This document shows positions 1-12,025 of a stretch of DNA of 64,000 nt, in pieces. The stretch's first letter is position 1. Each line of letters starts with the position of its first letter. Under the pieces are notes generated by a model. It worked only from the letters and a program-made list of their open reading frames with translations, did not search any database and was not told the DNA's origin. Both the position numbers and the translations under genes were made by a program. Origin of the DNA: Candidatus Levyibacteriota bacterium (lineage in GTDB: Bacteria > Patescibacteriota > Microgenomatia > Levybacterales > UBA12049); the NCBI GenBank assembly GCA_016182185.1, contig JACOXU010000001.1, positions 115,190 to 179,189 of the forward strand. The letters run 5' to 3'.

Positions 1-516
1 GATTATAGATACTTTCCTGAACCGGATATTCCTCCAATCAGGTGGACGCAAAAACAACTGGAAGGATTTAGAAAGCAAATCCCCGAACTCCCACATTTTA
101 AAGTACAAAAATATGAAAATGAATTAAAAATAAAAGTTAGCGATGCTATTAGAGTAAGTGAGAATATTGAAGTTGCTCAATTTTTCGAGAAGACAGTTAA
201 GATTGGATCAAAACATAATGTATCTCCACAAAGCGTTGCAAATTTCCTTTTAAACAAAGGGGTAAATACAAGTAATATAACACCTGCTGAACTTATAAAA
301 ACTATTATCTCAACTTCTACTTATGCTACTATAGATAATAGTAAGATTAAAAAGGCAGTTGAAAAAGTTCTCCGGGAAAATCCAAAAGCATTAAATGATC
401 TAAGAGTTGGAAAAACCCAAACTCTTCAATTCTTAATAGGCAAAACAATGGCTGAAATAAAAGAAAAAATTGATACAAAAATCATAATCGAAGAAATAAA
501 TAGACAAACAAAATGA
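1..516 (+). CDS. gatB: Asp-tRNA(Asn)/Glu-tRNA(Gln) amidotransferase subunit B, C-terminal part (5' truncated by window edge)
   Basis: Frame 1 reads DYRYFPEPDIPP...IPELP...LQFLIGKTM, the GatB signature plus the YqeY-like tail. TGA at 514-516 overlaps the next ATG (ATGA). Not in the ORF track. Confidence 0.95.
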   Translation, partial: DYRYFPEPDIPPIRWTQKQLEGFRKQIPELPHFKVQKYENELKIKVSDAIRVSENIEVAQFFEKTVKIGSKHNVSPQSVANFLLNKGVNTSNITPAELIKTIISTSTYATIDNSKIKKAVEKVLRENPKALNDLRVGKTQTLQFLIGKTMAEIKEKIDTKIIIEEINRQTK

Positions 517-1055
517 CAGACACAGGAATAGAAATCAAACAGCTAGAACCAAAACATGAAGTACCAAAAGAAGAGTTTTTACACACTCTAAAACCAGAAG
601 ATCGAGATAATATATCCCAATTGATAAAAGGGTTTGAAGCTGCAATGACAGACAGAGATTTAAACGGAGCGCTTATGGTAGTTGGCGGAATAATGAATAA
701 ACTACAACCAAGAAAAGATATTGATATTTTATTGATAAGACAAAGAAGGGAAAAAGATCCTCAAAAACTTCCCTTTGAAACTCAACTAGATTGGGCTACC
801 ATGGATTTCAGAAGATTCAGCAATATAGTAACGAGCATAACTGTATCAGCTAATCTTAGAATAAGTAGCAGAATTGAACCTTCAATAGATGAAGAATTTG
901 AAAATCCTAATATTTTAAAAAGTGACGGCACAATAACATTAATTTCTAATTCAGGGAGAGGACTACCCATGGAGCTAATAAGAGATACAACTGGAAATGT
1001 AGAGCAACAAATTTCTAAGCAAAAAGGTAGGTTTTGTGTAATCGCTGAAGTATAG
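513..1055 (+). CDS. Pol-beta-superfamily nucleotidyltransferase-domain protein, function unknown
   Basis: hGG-x9-DhD motif (MVVGGIMNKLQPRKDIDILL) and a possible third acidic residue in LPMELI. Tightly coupled to gatB and dnaE. Confidence 0.6.
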   Translation: MTDTGIEIKQLEPKHEVPKEEFLHTLKPEDRDNISQLIKGFEAAMTDRDLNGALMVVGGIMNKLQPRKDIDILLIRQRREKDPQKLPFETQLDWATMDFRRFSNIVTSITVSANLRISSRIEPSIDEEFENPNILKSDGTITLISNSGRGLPMELIRDTTGNVEQQISKQKGRFCVIAEV

Positions 1056-1056
1056 A

Positions 1057-4000
1057 ATGACTGATTTTGTACATCTTCATAACCATAGCGAATATTCACT
1101 TCTTGATGGACTTTCAAAAATTGAAGAAATGGTGAGAAGAGCAAAAGAGCTTGAGATGAAAGCTCTTGCCATTACAGACCATGGAAATTTATACGGCACG
1201 ATTAAATTCTACAAAGAGTGTGTTGAAAACGGAATTAAACCAATAATAGGAAGCGAAATTTATGTGAGCAGGAGAACCAGGCATCAAAAAGAAGCAGGAC
1301 TGGACACGGATTCTAACCACTTAATTCTTCTTGCAAAAAATGAAACAGGATATAAAAACCTTATGAAGATTATTTCCTACGCGCATCTTGAAGGATACTA
1401 TTACAGACCAAGAACAGATATAGAACTACTAAAAGAATACGCAAATGAACTTATTTGTTTAAGTTCATGCCTCAATGGTTATATAAGCGATCCTCTTTTG
1501 GAAAATCAGGAATCAACCGCAACTGAGCGTGCTAAAAACCTGCAAAAAATTTTTGGTGAGGGAAATTTTTATCTTGAACTGCAAAAACATATAAACATTG
1601 ATAAACAAGATGTTTTAAATCAAAAGCTTCTTAATTTATCTAAAAAATTAAGTATTCCGGTTGTGGCAACAAATGATAATCATTATATTTACCAAAGTGA
1701 TGCTGAAGCACAAGAAATACTTCTTTGCATACAAACGCAAACAACAATAAGCACAAAAAATAGAAGGTTATCCATGATTGACTCGCCTGATTTTTACATG
1801 AAGAGCAAAGAAGAGATGACAGGTCTTTTTCTCCAAACACCTGACGCTATTGAAAATACAATCAAGATATCAGACATGTGCAATCTTGAAATTAAACTAG
1901 GGCAGTGGATAATGCCTGCGTTTGAAGTTCCCCAAAATATATCCCCTGCTGAATATATGAAACAAAAAGTAGATGAAGGTTTGATAAGAAGATATAAAAA
2001 AATTACAAAAGAGATAAAAGATAGAGTAGAATATGAACTTTCAATAATTCTTAAAAAGGGATACGAAACTTATATACTTATAGTCGCAGATTTTGTAGAA
2101 TGGGCAAAATCTCAAGAAATAACCGTAGGTCCAGGAAGAGGGTCAAATGCTGGATCCATAGTTTCTTATGCTTTAGGAATATCCGACATTGACCCGTTGT
2201 TCTTCAAGCTTCCATTCGAGAGATTCCTAAATCCTATGAGACCATCCCCGCCAGACATTGATCTTGATTTTGCCGATAATAGAAGGGATGAAGTAATTGA
2301 GTATGTTACCCAAAAATATGGAAGAGATAAAGTTGCCCAAATTATCACCTTTGGAACAATGGAAGCAAGGGGATCAGTCAGAGACGCAGGTCGGGCGATT
2401 GGAATGCCATACTCCGGGCCAGATAGAATTGCAAAAATGATTCCGCCCGGATGGCAGGGTCACGCAATGACTATTGACAAGGCGCTTGAGCAAAGTCCGG
2501 AACTTCGAATCGTTTATCAAATCGAACCTGAAACAAAACGACTTCTTGATATTGCTAAGAAACTCGAAGGAGTTGCAAGACATGTGTCCGTACACGCTGC
2601 AGGAGTAGTCATCGCTGACAAACCAATTATGGAATATACTCCTTTGCAGAAAGAACCAAATGGAGAAAAAATTATAACCCAATATGATATGTATACCGTT
2701 GGGGAAGAAGGAGTTGGACTTCTGAAAATTGATTTCTTGGGACTTAGAAACCTAACTATTATCCAGGAATCTCTCCGCTTTATCAAGGAAAATCAAAAAA
2801 TAGAGGTAAATTTTTCAAAAATTTCCTTTGATGACAAAAAAACTTATGAACTTCTTGCATCGGGTGAAACAACCGGAATATTTCAGCTTGAGTCTTCTGG
2901 AATGAGAAGATATATTAAAGAACTAAAACCCACCTCTATATTTGATCTTCAAGCAATGGTTGCCTTATATAGACCTGGACCTATGGCAAATATTCCTGAA
3001 TTTATCAAAAGAAAGCACAATCCTTCTCTCATAAGATATCCGGATAAAAGACTTGAGGAGGTACTCAAAGAATCCTACGGAATAATTACTTTCCAAGATG
3101 ATCTTCTTCTTACAGCTATTATGGTAGCTGGTTACTCGTGGCTTGAGGCAGATAAATTAAGAAAAGCGGTTGGAAAAAAAATTCCTTCTGAGATGAAAAA
3201 ACAGCATGATAAATTTGTAGAAGGATGCGTCGCAAATGGAATGGGACAGAGAAATGCAGAGACTCTCTGGACACTATTTGAACCATTTGCTGGGTACGGA
3301 TTTGGGAAAGCCCACGCAGCCTGCTATGCAACAATTGCCTTCAGAACTGCCTATCTTAAGGCGCATTTCCCTGTAGAATTTATGACTGCATTTTTAACCG
3401 CTGAATCAAGAGGAACAACCGGACCTGTAAAAAATGAAAAAATCGCACAGGCAATTGCAGAATGTAAACGTTTAAATTTAAAAGTATTGCCTCCTCACAT
3501 AAATAAATCAGGAAGTGAGTTTTCAATTGAGAATAAATCCGATATTAGATTTGGGCTATCTGCAATCAAGAATATCGGTGATGCTGCGATTAGAACAATA
3601 CTTGATAGTCGATCTAGAGGATTATTTAAAAATCTTCAAGATTTTTGTCTTAGAGTAAACTTAGGTGCAGTAAATAAGAAGACAATGGAAAGCCTAATTA
3701 AGGCAGGTGCGTTTGACTCATTTGGCAAAAGAGCAAGTCTTCTTATAGAATACCCTCAGATTATTGATAGAGTTAATAAGATAAAAAAGCAAAAAAATGA
3801 AGGCCAAGGCTCACTATTTGATAATCCCACAGTTTCCTCAAATAAGCTCAGCCCGCATTCAAGTCTTGACATTGATGATTTTTCTTTGGAAGAAAAATTG
3901 GCATTCGAGAAAGAATTTTTAGGCTTCTACTTAACATCTCATCCAATGCTAGATCAGCTAAGGGAGATAAAAAACATTATTACTCATGAAATTGCTCTCA

Positions 4001-4284
4001 TAGAAGATGAAAAAGAAGGCTCCAAAGTAAAAATTGGAGGAATTATTGAGGGGGTTAGAAAAATATTTACTAAAAAAACTAATAGTGAAATGGCCTTTGT
4101 AACCATAGTCGATGATAAAGGAATCTCTGCAGAATGTGTTGTTTTCCCAAAAACATATGATACGTACAAATCATTTATTTCAAAAGACACGGTTATTGTA
4201 CTTGAAGGAAAAATTGATAGCAATAATGATAAATTGGTAATTATTGTAGAAAAAATCTTCTCTTTGAATAATTTTTCTTCTTGA
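1057..4284 (+). CDS. dnaE: DNA polymerase III alpha subunit
   Basis: PHP motifs HLHNH, TDHGN, NDNHY; GPGRGS; PPDIDLD; KIDFLGL; C-terminal OB fold. Confidence 0.98.
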   Translation: MTDFVHLHNHSEYSLLDGLSKIEEMVRRAKELEMKALAITDHGNLYGTIKFYKECVENGIKPIIGSEIYVSRRTRHQKEAGLDTDSNHLILLAKNETGYKNLMKIISYAHLEGYYYRPRTDIELLKEYANELICLSSCLNGYISDPLLENQESTATERAKNLQKIFGEGNFYLELQKHINIDKQDVLNQKLLNLSKKLSIPVVATNDNHYIYQSDAEAQEILLCIQTQTTISTKNRRLSMIDSPDFYMKSKEEMTGLFLQTPDAIENTIKISDMCNLEIKLGQWIMPAFEVPQNISPAEYMKQKVDEGLIRRYKKITKEIKDRVEYELSIILKKGYETYILIVADFVEWAKSQEITVGPGRGSNAGSIVSYALGISDIDPLFFKLPFERFLNPMRPSPPDIDLDFADNRRDEVIEYVTQKYGRDKVAQIITFGTMEARGSVRDAGRAIGMPYSGPDRIAKMIPPGWQGHAMTIDKALEQSPELRIVYQIEPETKRLLDIAKKLEGVARHVSVHAAGVVIADKPIMEYTPLQKEPNGEKIITQYDMYTVGEEGVGLLKIDFLGLRNLTIIQESLRFIKENQKIEVNFSKISFDDKKTYELLASGETTGIFQLESSGMRRYIKELKPTSIFDLQAMVALYRPGPMANIPEFIKRKHNPSLIRYPDKRLEEVLKESYGIITFQDDLLLTAIMVAGYSWLEADKLRKAVGKKIPSEMKKQHDKFVEGCVANGMGQRNAETLWTLFEPFAGYGFGKAHAACYATIAFRTAYLKAHFPVEFMTAFLTAESRGTTGPVKNEKIAQAIAECKRLNLKVLPPHINKSGSEFSIENKSDIRFGLSAIKNIGDAAIRTILDSRSRGLFKNLQDFCLRVNLGAVNKKTMESLIKAGAFDSFGKRASLLIEYPQIIDRVNKIKKQKNEGQGSLFDNPTVSSNKLSPHSSLDIDDFSLEEKLAFEKEFLGFYLTSHPMLDQLREIKNIITHEIALIEDEKEGSKVKIGGIIEGVRKIFTKKTNSEMAFVTIVDDKGISAECVVFPKTYDTYKSFISKDTVIVLEGKIDSNNDKLVIIVEKIFSLNNFSS

Positions 4285-4309
4285 CTTACCCACGATTTAC
4301 GCTTAAAAT
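4281..4309 (+). promoter_or_regulatory. sigma70-type promoter of the atp operon (probably leaderless atpB mRNA)
   Basis: TTGACT-17 nt-TAAAAT, with the ATG 6 nt downstream of the -10 box. Confidence 0.65.
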
Positions 4310-4315
4310 AGCATT

Positions 4316-5047
4316 ATGCATTCGTCCTTTGCTGCAGAGTCTGTTGTGCAAATTGGCATTTTTAAGGTGACAAATGCACTAATAAATGCTCTTTTTGTCG
4401 ACATAATTATCATTGCGATTTGTTATTTAGTAGCAAAGAATATAAAGCTCATTCCTGGATATTTACAGAATGCTACAGAACTTATCATACATTCTTTTTA
4501 TGAAATGACTGAGTCAGTTGCCCAAGAAAAAGCAAAAATTATATTTCCATTTTTCATGAGTTTTTTTATTTTTATTCTTCTGTCTAATTGGACAGCTCTT
4601 TTGCCCGGTGTCACAAGCATCGGGTTTTTTAAAGATCACGAGCTAGTTCCGCTCATGAGAGGAGCGACAAGCGATCTGAATACAACTCTTGGGCTTGCAT
4701 TGGTCTCAATTGCTGCCACTCACATCATGAGCATAAGAGCCGTTGGTGTGAAAGATTATCTTAGCCGGTACATATCACTTAACCCGATTAATCTATTTAT
4801 TGGAATTCTGGAGATTATCTCAGAAATTACCAAAGTAATATCGTTGTCATTCCGACTTTTTGGCAATATTTTTGCGGGTGAAATTGTCTTATTTACTGTT
4901 TCTGGAATCTTCGCGTTCTTATTCCCAATACCTTTCCTCACCCTTGAAATAATTGTAGGATTAGTTCAGGCATTAGTGTTTTCGATGCTAACTATGGCAT
5001 TTATGGCAATTCTTACAACACCACATCATCAACCAGACCATGCTTAA
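4316..5047 (+). CDS. atpB: F0F1 ATP synthase subunit a
   Basis: SLSFRLFGNIFAGE with the essential Arg, and VQALVF. First gene of the atp operon. Confidence 0.97.
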   Translation: MHSSFAAESVVQIGIFKVTNALINALFVDIIIIAICYLVAKNIKLIPGYLQNATELIIHSFYEMTESVAQEKAKIIFPFFMSFFIFILLSNWTALLPGVTSIGFFKDHELVPLMRGATSDLNTTLGLALVSIAATHIMSIRAVGVKDYLSRYISLNPINLFIGILEIISEITKVISLSFRLFGNIFAGEIVLFTVSGIFAFLFPIPFLTLEIIVGLVQALVFSMLTMAFMAILTTPHHQPDHA

Positions 5048-5103
5048 TTATGATTATAAACATTGATATTTTGACAGAAAATTTTAAAGGGGGTGAGTGC
5101 TAA

Positions 5104-5310
<207 letters not shown>

Positions 5311-5316
5311 TAATTT

Positions 5317-5820
5317 ATGGAAATTATTAATAACTTTGGGCTTGATCCTCTTCTGCTGGGCGCTCAAATAGTAAATTTTTTAATTATTTTTTATGTCCTG
5401 AAAAGGTTTTTATACAAACCTGTGCTTGGTATTCTCAAAAAGCGAGAAGATACAATAAAAGAAGGATTAAGACAAGCAGAGGATGGTAAAAAACTGTTTG
5501 AGGAAGCGCAAAATAAAGAAAAGGAAATTCTTACAAGGGCACAAAATCAAGCCCAGACAATACTTGAAGAAGCTAAAATTCAAACTGATGAATTAGCAAA
5601 ACAAATTGAGCAAAAAGCACAAAAAAACGCCAGCGATATAATAAATTCTGCCACCGAAAAAATAAACCAGGAGAGAGAAATAGCAGAAAAAAAACTTAGC
5701 GAATATGTTTCAAGGTTGGCGGTTGAGCTTTTGGAAAAATCTGCATCTGAGCTATTTGATGCTAAAGACCAAAAGCAACTAATAAAAATAGCAACTGATA
5801 AATTTAAAAAACTTAATTAA
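5317..5820 (+). CDS. atpF: F0F1 ATP synthase subunit b
   Basis: N-terminal TM (QIVNFLII...YKPV...KR) followed by a coiled coil; operon position. Confidence 0.95.
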   Translation: MEIINNFGLDPLLLGAQIVNFLIIFYVLKRFLYKPVLGILKKREDTIKEGLRQAEDGKKLFEEAQNKEKEILTRAQNQAQTILEEAKIQTDELAKQIEQKAQKNASDIINSATEKINQEREIAEKKLSEYVSRLAVELLEKSASELFDAKDQKQLIKIATDKFKKLN

Positions 5821-5823
5821 ATT

Positions 5824-6189
5824 ATGGACTATAAAAAAATAAAAAAAATTGCAGAACAAAGTTTCATAAACAACAAGCTAGATCCTAAAATCGTAAACTT
5901 TGTTACAAAAAAACTTAAAAGATCTGAGATTAAAAAATATATAAAAATTTTGAGATTACTAGAAAGAAAAAAAACAATATACTTAGTACTTCCCAAAGTT
6001 ACAGAAAACCAGGGGACCGATTATGTTTTAAGCTATCTTAATAAAACTTACCCTGATAAAAAAATAGAAATTGAAAAAGATCCCTCGCTTATATCGGGAA
6101 TAAAAATTCTAAACGATGATATTATTTATAATTATAACGTTAAAGATACAATTAATAATCTTATTTCGCACATCAATAAAAATTTATGA
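5824..6189 (+). CDS. atpH: F0F1 ATP synthase subunit delta (short form)
   Basis: C-terminal [10 protein letters not shown] motif; lies between atpF and atpA; only 121 aa. Confidence 0.8.
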   Translation: MDYKKIKKIAEQSFINNKLDPKIVNFVTKKLKRSEIKKYIKILRLLERKKTIYLVLPKVTENQGTDYVLSYLNKTYPDKKIEIEKDPSLISGIKILNDDIIYNYNVKDTINNLISHINKNL

Positions 6190-7709
6190 TAGACAATAAG
6201 AAAATAATTGACCAGTTAGAAAAAAGCCTCACAACATTCACTTATAAATCAACCACCCAAAACGTCGGCATTGTTGAAAAAAATACTGATGGAGTGGTGG
6301 TTGTCTCTGGCTTGTCAAAGGCATTTATGGGAGAGGAAGTGCGATTTGAGGAGGGATCATCAGGAGTAATTTTGAACCTAGATGAGGATACTGTTTCAAT
6401 TATTCTTTTCGGCAGGGGGGAAAACATAACAGAAGGAAGTACTGTCAAAACAACGGGCAAAATATTAAGCATAAATGTATCCGAAAAACTTATTGGAAGA
6501 ATAATCTCGCCCATGGGCGATCCTCTTGATGGAAAACAAAAAATCAAAGATGGAAAACAAATGCCATTTGAAAGAATTGCTCCGGGAGTTGTCGAAAGAG
6601 AACCTGTAAATACCCCTCTTAAAACGGGAGTCAAACTTATTGACGCACTCATTCCCATAGGAAGGGGACAAAGAGAACTGATTATCGGAGATAGAGGGTT
6701 AGGCAAAACAGCAATAGCAATTGATGCAATTATTAATCAACTTCCTCAAAAAGGATCAAAACTTCCTCCTGTAATTTGTATTTACGTTCCAATCGGCCAA
6801 AAGCAAAGCACTGTGGCCCAAGTTGCAGATAAGCTGAGAGAAGCCGGATCAATGGATTATACGATTATTGTATCGGCAACTGCTTCTGAGCCTGCAGCCC
6901 TACAATACCTTGCCCCCTATGCAGGAACTGCTATTGCCGAGTATTTTATGGAAAAAGGTAAAGATGTTTTAATCGTTTACGACGATCTCTCAAAGCACGC
7001 ATGGGCGTACAGGCAAATTTCACTAGTTCTTCGAAGACCTGCTGGTCGAGAAGCATATCCTGGAGATATTTTTTATCTTCACAGCAGATTGCTTGAACGG
7101 GCGGTAAAGCTAAACAAAGAAAATGGGGGCGGATCAATAACGGCGCTGCCTATTGTCGAAACTCAAGCAAGTGATATGTCTGCCTATATTCCTACCAACA
7201 TAATCTCAATTACCGACGGGCAGATTTATCTTGAATCTAATCTTTTTAATGCGGGTATAAGACCGGCAGTCAACGTCGGAAATTCTGTCTCAAGAGTCGG
7301 AGGAGCTGCTCAGACTTCAAGCATAAAATCAATCGCCGGAAAGATGAGACTTGAACTTGCTCAGTATAGAGAACTTGCTGTCTTTGCCCAATTCGGCAGC
7401 GAGCTTGATCAAGCAACTTTAGGACAACTTGAGAGAGGAAAAAGAACCACGGAAATACTTAAGCAGTCGCAATACAATCCCCTACCTGAATCATATCAAT
7501 TCTTAAGCATTTGGGCGGTCACAAATGGACATCTGGACGACATACCCGTTGAATCATGCAGGAAGTTTGAAAAAGAGTTTCATGAATTTATTAAAAGAAA
7601 ATACAACATAATATTAGATGCTCTCTCCTCGGGAGAAAAACCAAAAGAAGAAATAATAAAAAAAATAGAAAAAGCAATTGCTGAATTTAAGAAGATGTTC
7701 AGCCCATAA
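6186..7709 (+). CDS. atpA: F0F1 ATP synthase subunit alpha
   Basis: [39 protein letters not shown]. Confidence 0.99.
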   Translation: MIDNKKIIDQLEKSLTTFTYKSTTQNVGIVEKNTDGVVVVSGLSKAFMGEEVRFEEGSSGVILNLDEDTVSIILFGRGENITEGSTVKTTGKILSINVSEKLIGRIISPMGDPLDGKQKIKDGKQMPFERIAPGVVEREPVNTPLKTGVKLIDALIPIGRGQRELIIGDRGLGKTAIAIDAIINQLPQKGSKLPPVICIYVPIGQKQSTVAQVADKLREAGSMDYTIIVSATASEPAALQYLAPYAGTAIAEYFMEKGKDVLIVYDDLSKHAWAYRQISLVLRRPAGREAYPGDIFYLHSRLLERAVKLNKENGGGSITALPIVETQASDMSAYIPTNIISITDGQIYLESNLFNAGIRPAVNVGNSVSRVGGAAQTSSIKSIAGKMRLELAQYRELAVFAQFGSELDQATLGQLERGKRTTEILKQSQYNPLPESYQFLSIWAVTNGHLDDIPVESCRKFEKEFHEFIKRKYNIILDALSSGEKPKEEIIKKIEKAIAEFKKMFSP

Positions 7710-7714
7710 ACCAT

Positions 7715-10004
<2,290 letters not shown>

Positions 10005-10005
10005 T

Positions 10006-10425
10006 ATGAATCTTCATCTAGAAATAATTACTCCTGAAAAAATAATTTTTGAAAGCGAAGCTGATGAGATAATTGTTCCAACCTTAAACGGACAAATTGG
10101 TATTCTGCCAAACCACATCGGACTCCTTACTAAAATTATTCCCGGAGAGTTAATTATTCGCAAAGGAAGCGCGCAAACATTGCTTGCGATAACGGGAGGT
10201 TTTCTTGAGGTAAATAATAATAATGTTAGCATTTTGGCCGATTATGCAGTAAAAGCAGAAGATGTTGAGATTGCCCGAGCTCAAGAGGCCCAAAAACGAG
10301 CAGAAAAGCTCATGCAGGAGAAAACAACCGAAAAAGACTTTAAAGTTGCCCAGGCAGAACTCATAAAATCAATTCTTGAACTTCGAGTAGCGGGCAAAAT
10401 TAAGAAAAGATCCTCTCAGTCATAA
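10006..10425 (+). CDS. atpC: F0F1 ATP synthase subunit epsilon
   Basis: LEIITPE...GQIGILPNH...GGFLEV. ATG at 10006 is preferred over the track start at 9976. Confidence 0.96.
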   Translation: MNLHLEIITPEKIIFESEADEIIVPTLNGQIGILPNHIGLLTKIIPGELIIRKGSAQTLLAITGGFLEVNNNNVSILADYAVKAEDVEIARAQEAQKRAEKLMQEKTTEKDFKVAQAELIKSILELRVAGKIKKRSSQS

Positions 10426-10427
10426 AT

Positions 10428-11039
10428 CTAAAAAGTTGTCGGTTCACCTAATTTACACAGACCGCACTCCGCTTGAGACCAAGATTCCATTTTTATCTTC
10501 ACCAAAGCATTTATTCTATCTATTCCGATATCTTTTGGTTTTACGTCTCCCCTATTGCATAATACCGAAAGACCTGTAATACTCCCGCCTGCCAATTTTA
10601 CGGAGTTAATTACCTCCTTTACTGAACCTCCAGTTGTTAGAATATCATCAACAACCAAGACATTTCTATCGCAAATCAGATCCGCCTGTCCTCTATGAAA
10701 TTCAAACCGATTAGCCTTTTTTTGGGCAAAAATGTCCAGAATATCTTTGCCGGTCATTTTAGTTAAAAAGCTTGCAACAAGACATGCTAAGATCATCCCT
10801 CCTCTTTCAGGACCTACTACAATTTCTACTCCTTTATCTTTAAAATCATTTGCTATCATCAAACAAAGCTCAGAAGTTTCTTGAGTGTGAAGATAAAGAT
10901 TACGTTTCTCAAGATAACTATCTGAATGCCGCCCGGATGTCAATTTGAAATGCCCTTTTTGGATTACCAAAGTATCTGTAAGAATTTGAAGCACTCTTTC
11001 TTCTCGAGGAATTTGAAAATCTCCTTCTTGTTTTGTCAT
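10428..11039 (-). CDS. pyrE: orotate phosphoribosyltransferase
   Basis: GHFKLTSGRHS, PRPP-binding VVDDILTTGGS, C-terminal CGLC; adjacent to pyrF. Confidence 0.92.
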   Translation of the reverse strand: MTKQEGDFQIPREERVLQILTDTLVIQKGHFKLTSGRHSDSYLEKRNLYLHTQETSELCLMIANDFKDKGVEIVVGPERGGMILACLVASFLTKMTGKDILDIFAQKKANRFEFHRGQADLICDRNVLVVDDILTTGGSVKEVINSVKLAGGSITGLSVLCNRGDVKPKDIGIDRINALVKIKMESWSQAECGLCKLGEPTTF

Positions 11040-11816
11040 TTATACGGCTTGCCTTATCTCATTAATATGATTTCTTAATTTTTCTGTTTCTCTTCTTGCA
11101 GCCTCGGCAAAATCTAGCTGCTTTGAAGCGAAAATTATTCCTCTTGACGAATTAATTATCATCCCCCAACCCCTATTGTCCATGCCTGCTTTTACAGTTT
11201 CCTCAACTTCTCCGCCTTGCGCCCCAATTCCTGGAATCAAAATAGGCATATCCCCAACTATTTTTCTGACGTATTCAAGGTGATGGGGGTAGGTAGCGCC
11301 AACAACTACACCGACATTCCCATTTTCATTCCAATGCTTTGAAACCCTCTTGGCTACATATTCATACATTCGAGTAGTGGATACATCCGTAAAGCGGCTT
11401 ACAAATAAATCCTGAAATTCATCAGCTCCGGGGTTTGAAGTTTTTACTAATACAATTATTCCTTTGTCTTTGCGGTCTAGAAATGGTTTTAAGGCTTCTT
11501 TACCAAGGTATGGATGTACTGTAACAGCATCTGCTCCATAATGATCAAAAGCTGCCTCTACATAACCTAAATTTGTGTTGCCTATATCAGCTCTTTTAGC
11601 ATCCAAAATCACCGGAACATCAGGACAAGTATCTCTTATATAATCAATAGTTACAGACAAAGCCTCTAGGCCCTGTGTTCCTTGCGCTTCGTAAAAAGCT
11701 ATATTAGGCTTATAGGCGCAGACCAAGTCACAAGTTGCATCTATAATCTGTTCGTTATTAGATTTGGATTTATTTTCGTTTTCCGGATTATTTGGGGGCA
11801 ATTCTTTTTTCGGCAT
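11040..11816 (-). CDS. pyrF: orotidine-5'-phosphate decarboxylase (subfamily 2), atypical N-terminus
   Basis: AYKPN, DAKRADIGNT, KTSNP, VVGAT, PGIGAQGG, NSSRGI. The usual first strand (LCVGLDP-like) is not seen. Confidence 0.9.
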   Translation of the reverse strand: MPKKELPPNNPENENKSKSNNEQIIDATCDLVCAYKPNIAFYEAQGTQGLEALSVTIDYIRDTCPDVPVILDAKRADIGNTNLGYVEAAFDHYGADAVTVHPYLGKEALKPFLDRKDKGIIVLVKTSNPGADEFQDLFVSRFTDVSTTRMYEYVAKRVSKHWNENGNVGVVVGATYPHHLEYVRKIVGDMPILIPGIGAQGGEVEETVKAGMDNRGWGMIINSSRGIIFASKQLDFAEAARRETEKLRNHINEIRQAV

Positions 11817-11837
11817 AATAGGAGACAGTTTGCTTAT

Positions 11838-11865
11838 ATTATAGATGCAAAGACCTATTTGTCAA
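11838..11865 (-). promoter_or_regulatory. promoter of pyrF-pyrE
   Basis: TTGACA-16 nt-TATAAT on the minus strand, 21 nt upstream of the pyrF ATG. Confidence 0.65.
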
Positions 11866-11869
11866 TTAT

Positions 11870-11898
11870 TTGCGCTTTTGAGAAAAATTTCATACAAT
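11870..11898 (+). promoter_or_regulatory. promoter of tRNA-Thr
   Basis: TTGCGC-17 nt-TACAAT, back-to-back with the pyrF promoter. Confidence 0.5.
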
Positions 11899-11926
11899 AA
11901 ACGCGTGCCGAGTCAAACTCGGTTTT

Positions 11927-11998
11927 GCCGATGTAGCTCAGTGGCAGAGCAAATGTTTCGTAAACATTAGGTCGGAGGTTCAATTCCTCCCATCGGCT
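11927..11998 (+). tRNA. tRNA-Thr(CGT)
   Basis: Cloverleaf: acceptor GCCGATG/CATCGGC, D stem GCTC/GAGC, anticodon stem AATGT/ACATT with loop TTCGTAA, T arm GGAGG-TTCAATT-CCTCC. CCA not encoded. Confidence 0.95.
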
Positions 11999-12025
11999 CA
12001 CAATTGTACTGAGCTTAAGCAAAGT

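Noticed and set aside
11682-11900. 72-aa plus-strand ORF containing a second IIDA
   Set aside because: It is antisense to pyrF and its promoter; the IIDA match is a consequence of the 13-bp inverted repeat.
11908-11922. Hairpin CCGAGT-caa-ACTCGG before tRNA-Thr as a member of the 26-nt palindrome family
   Set aside because: Different architecture; more simply a pre-tRNA leader hairpin.
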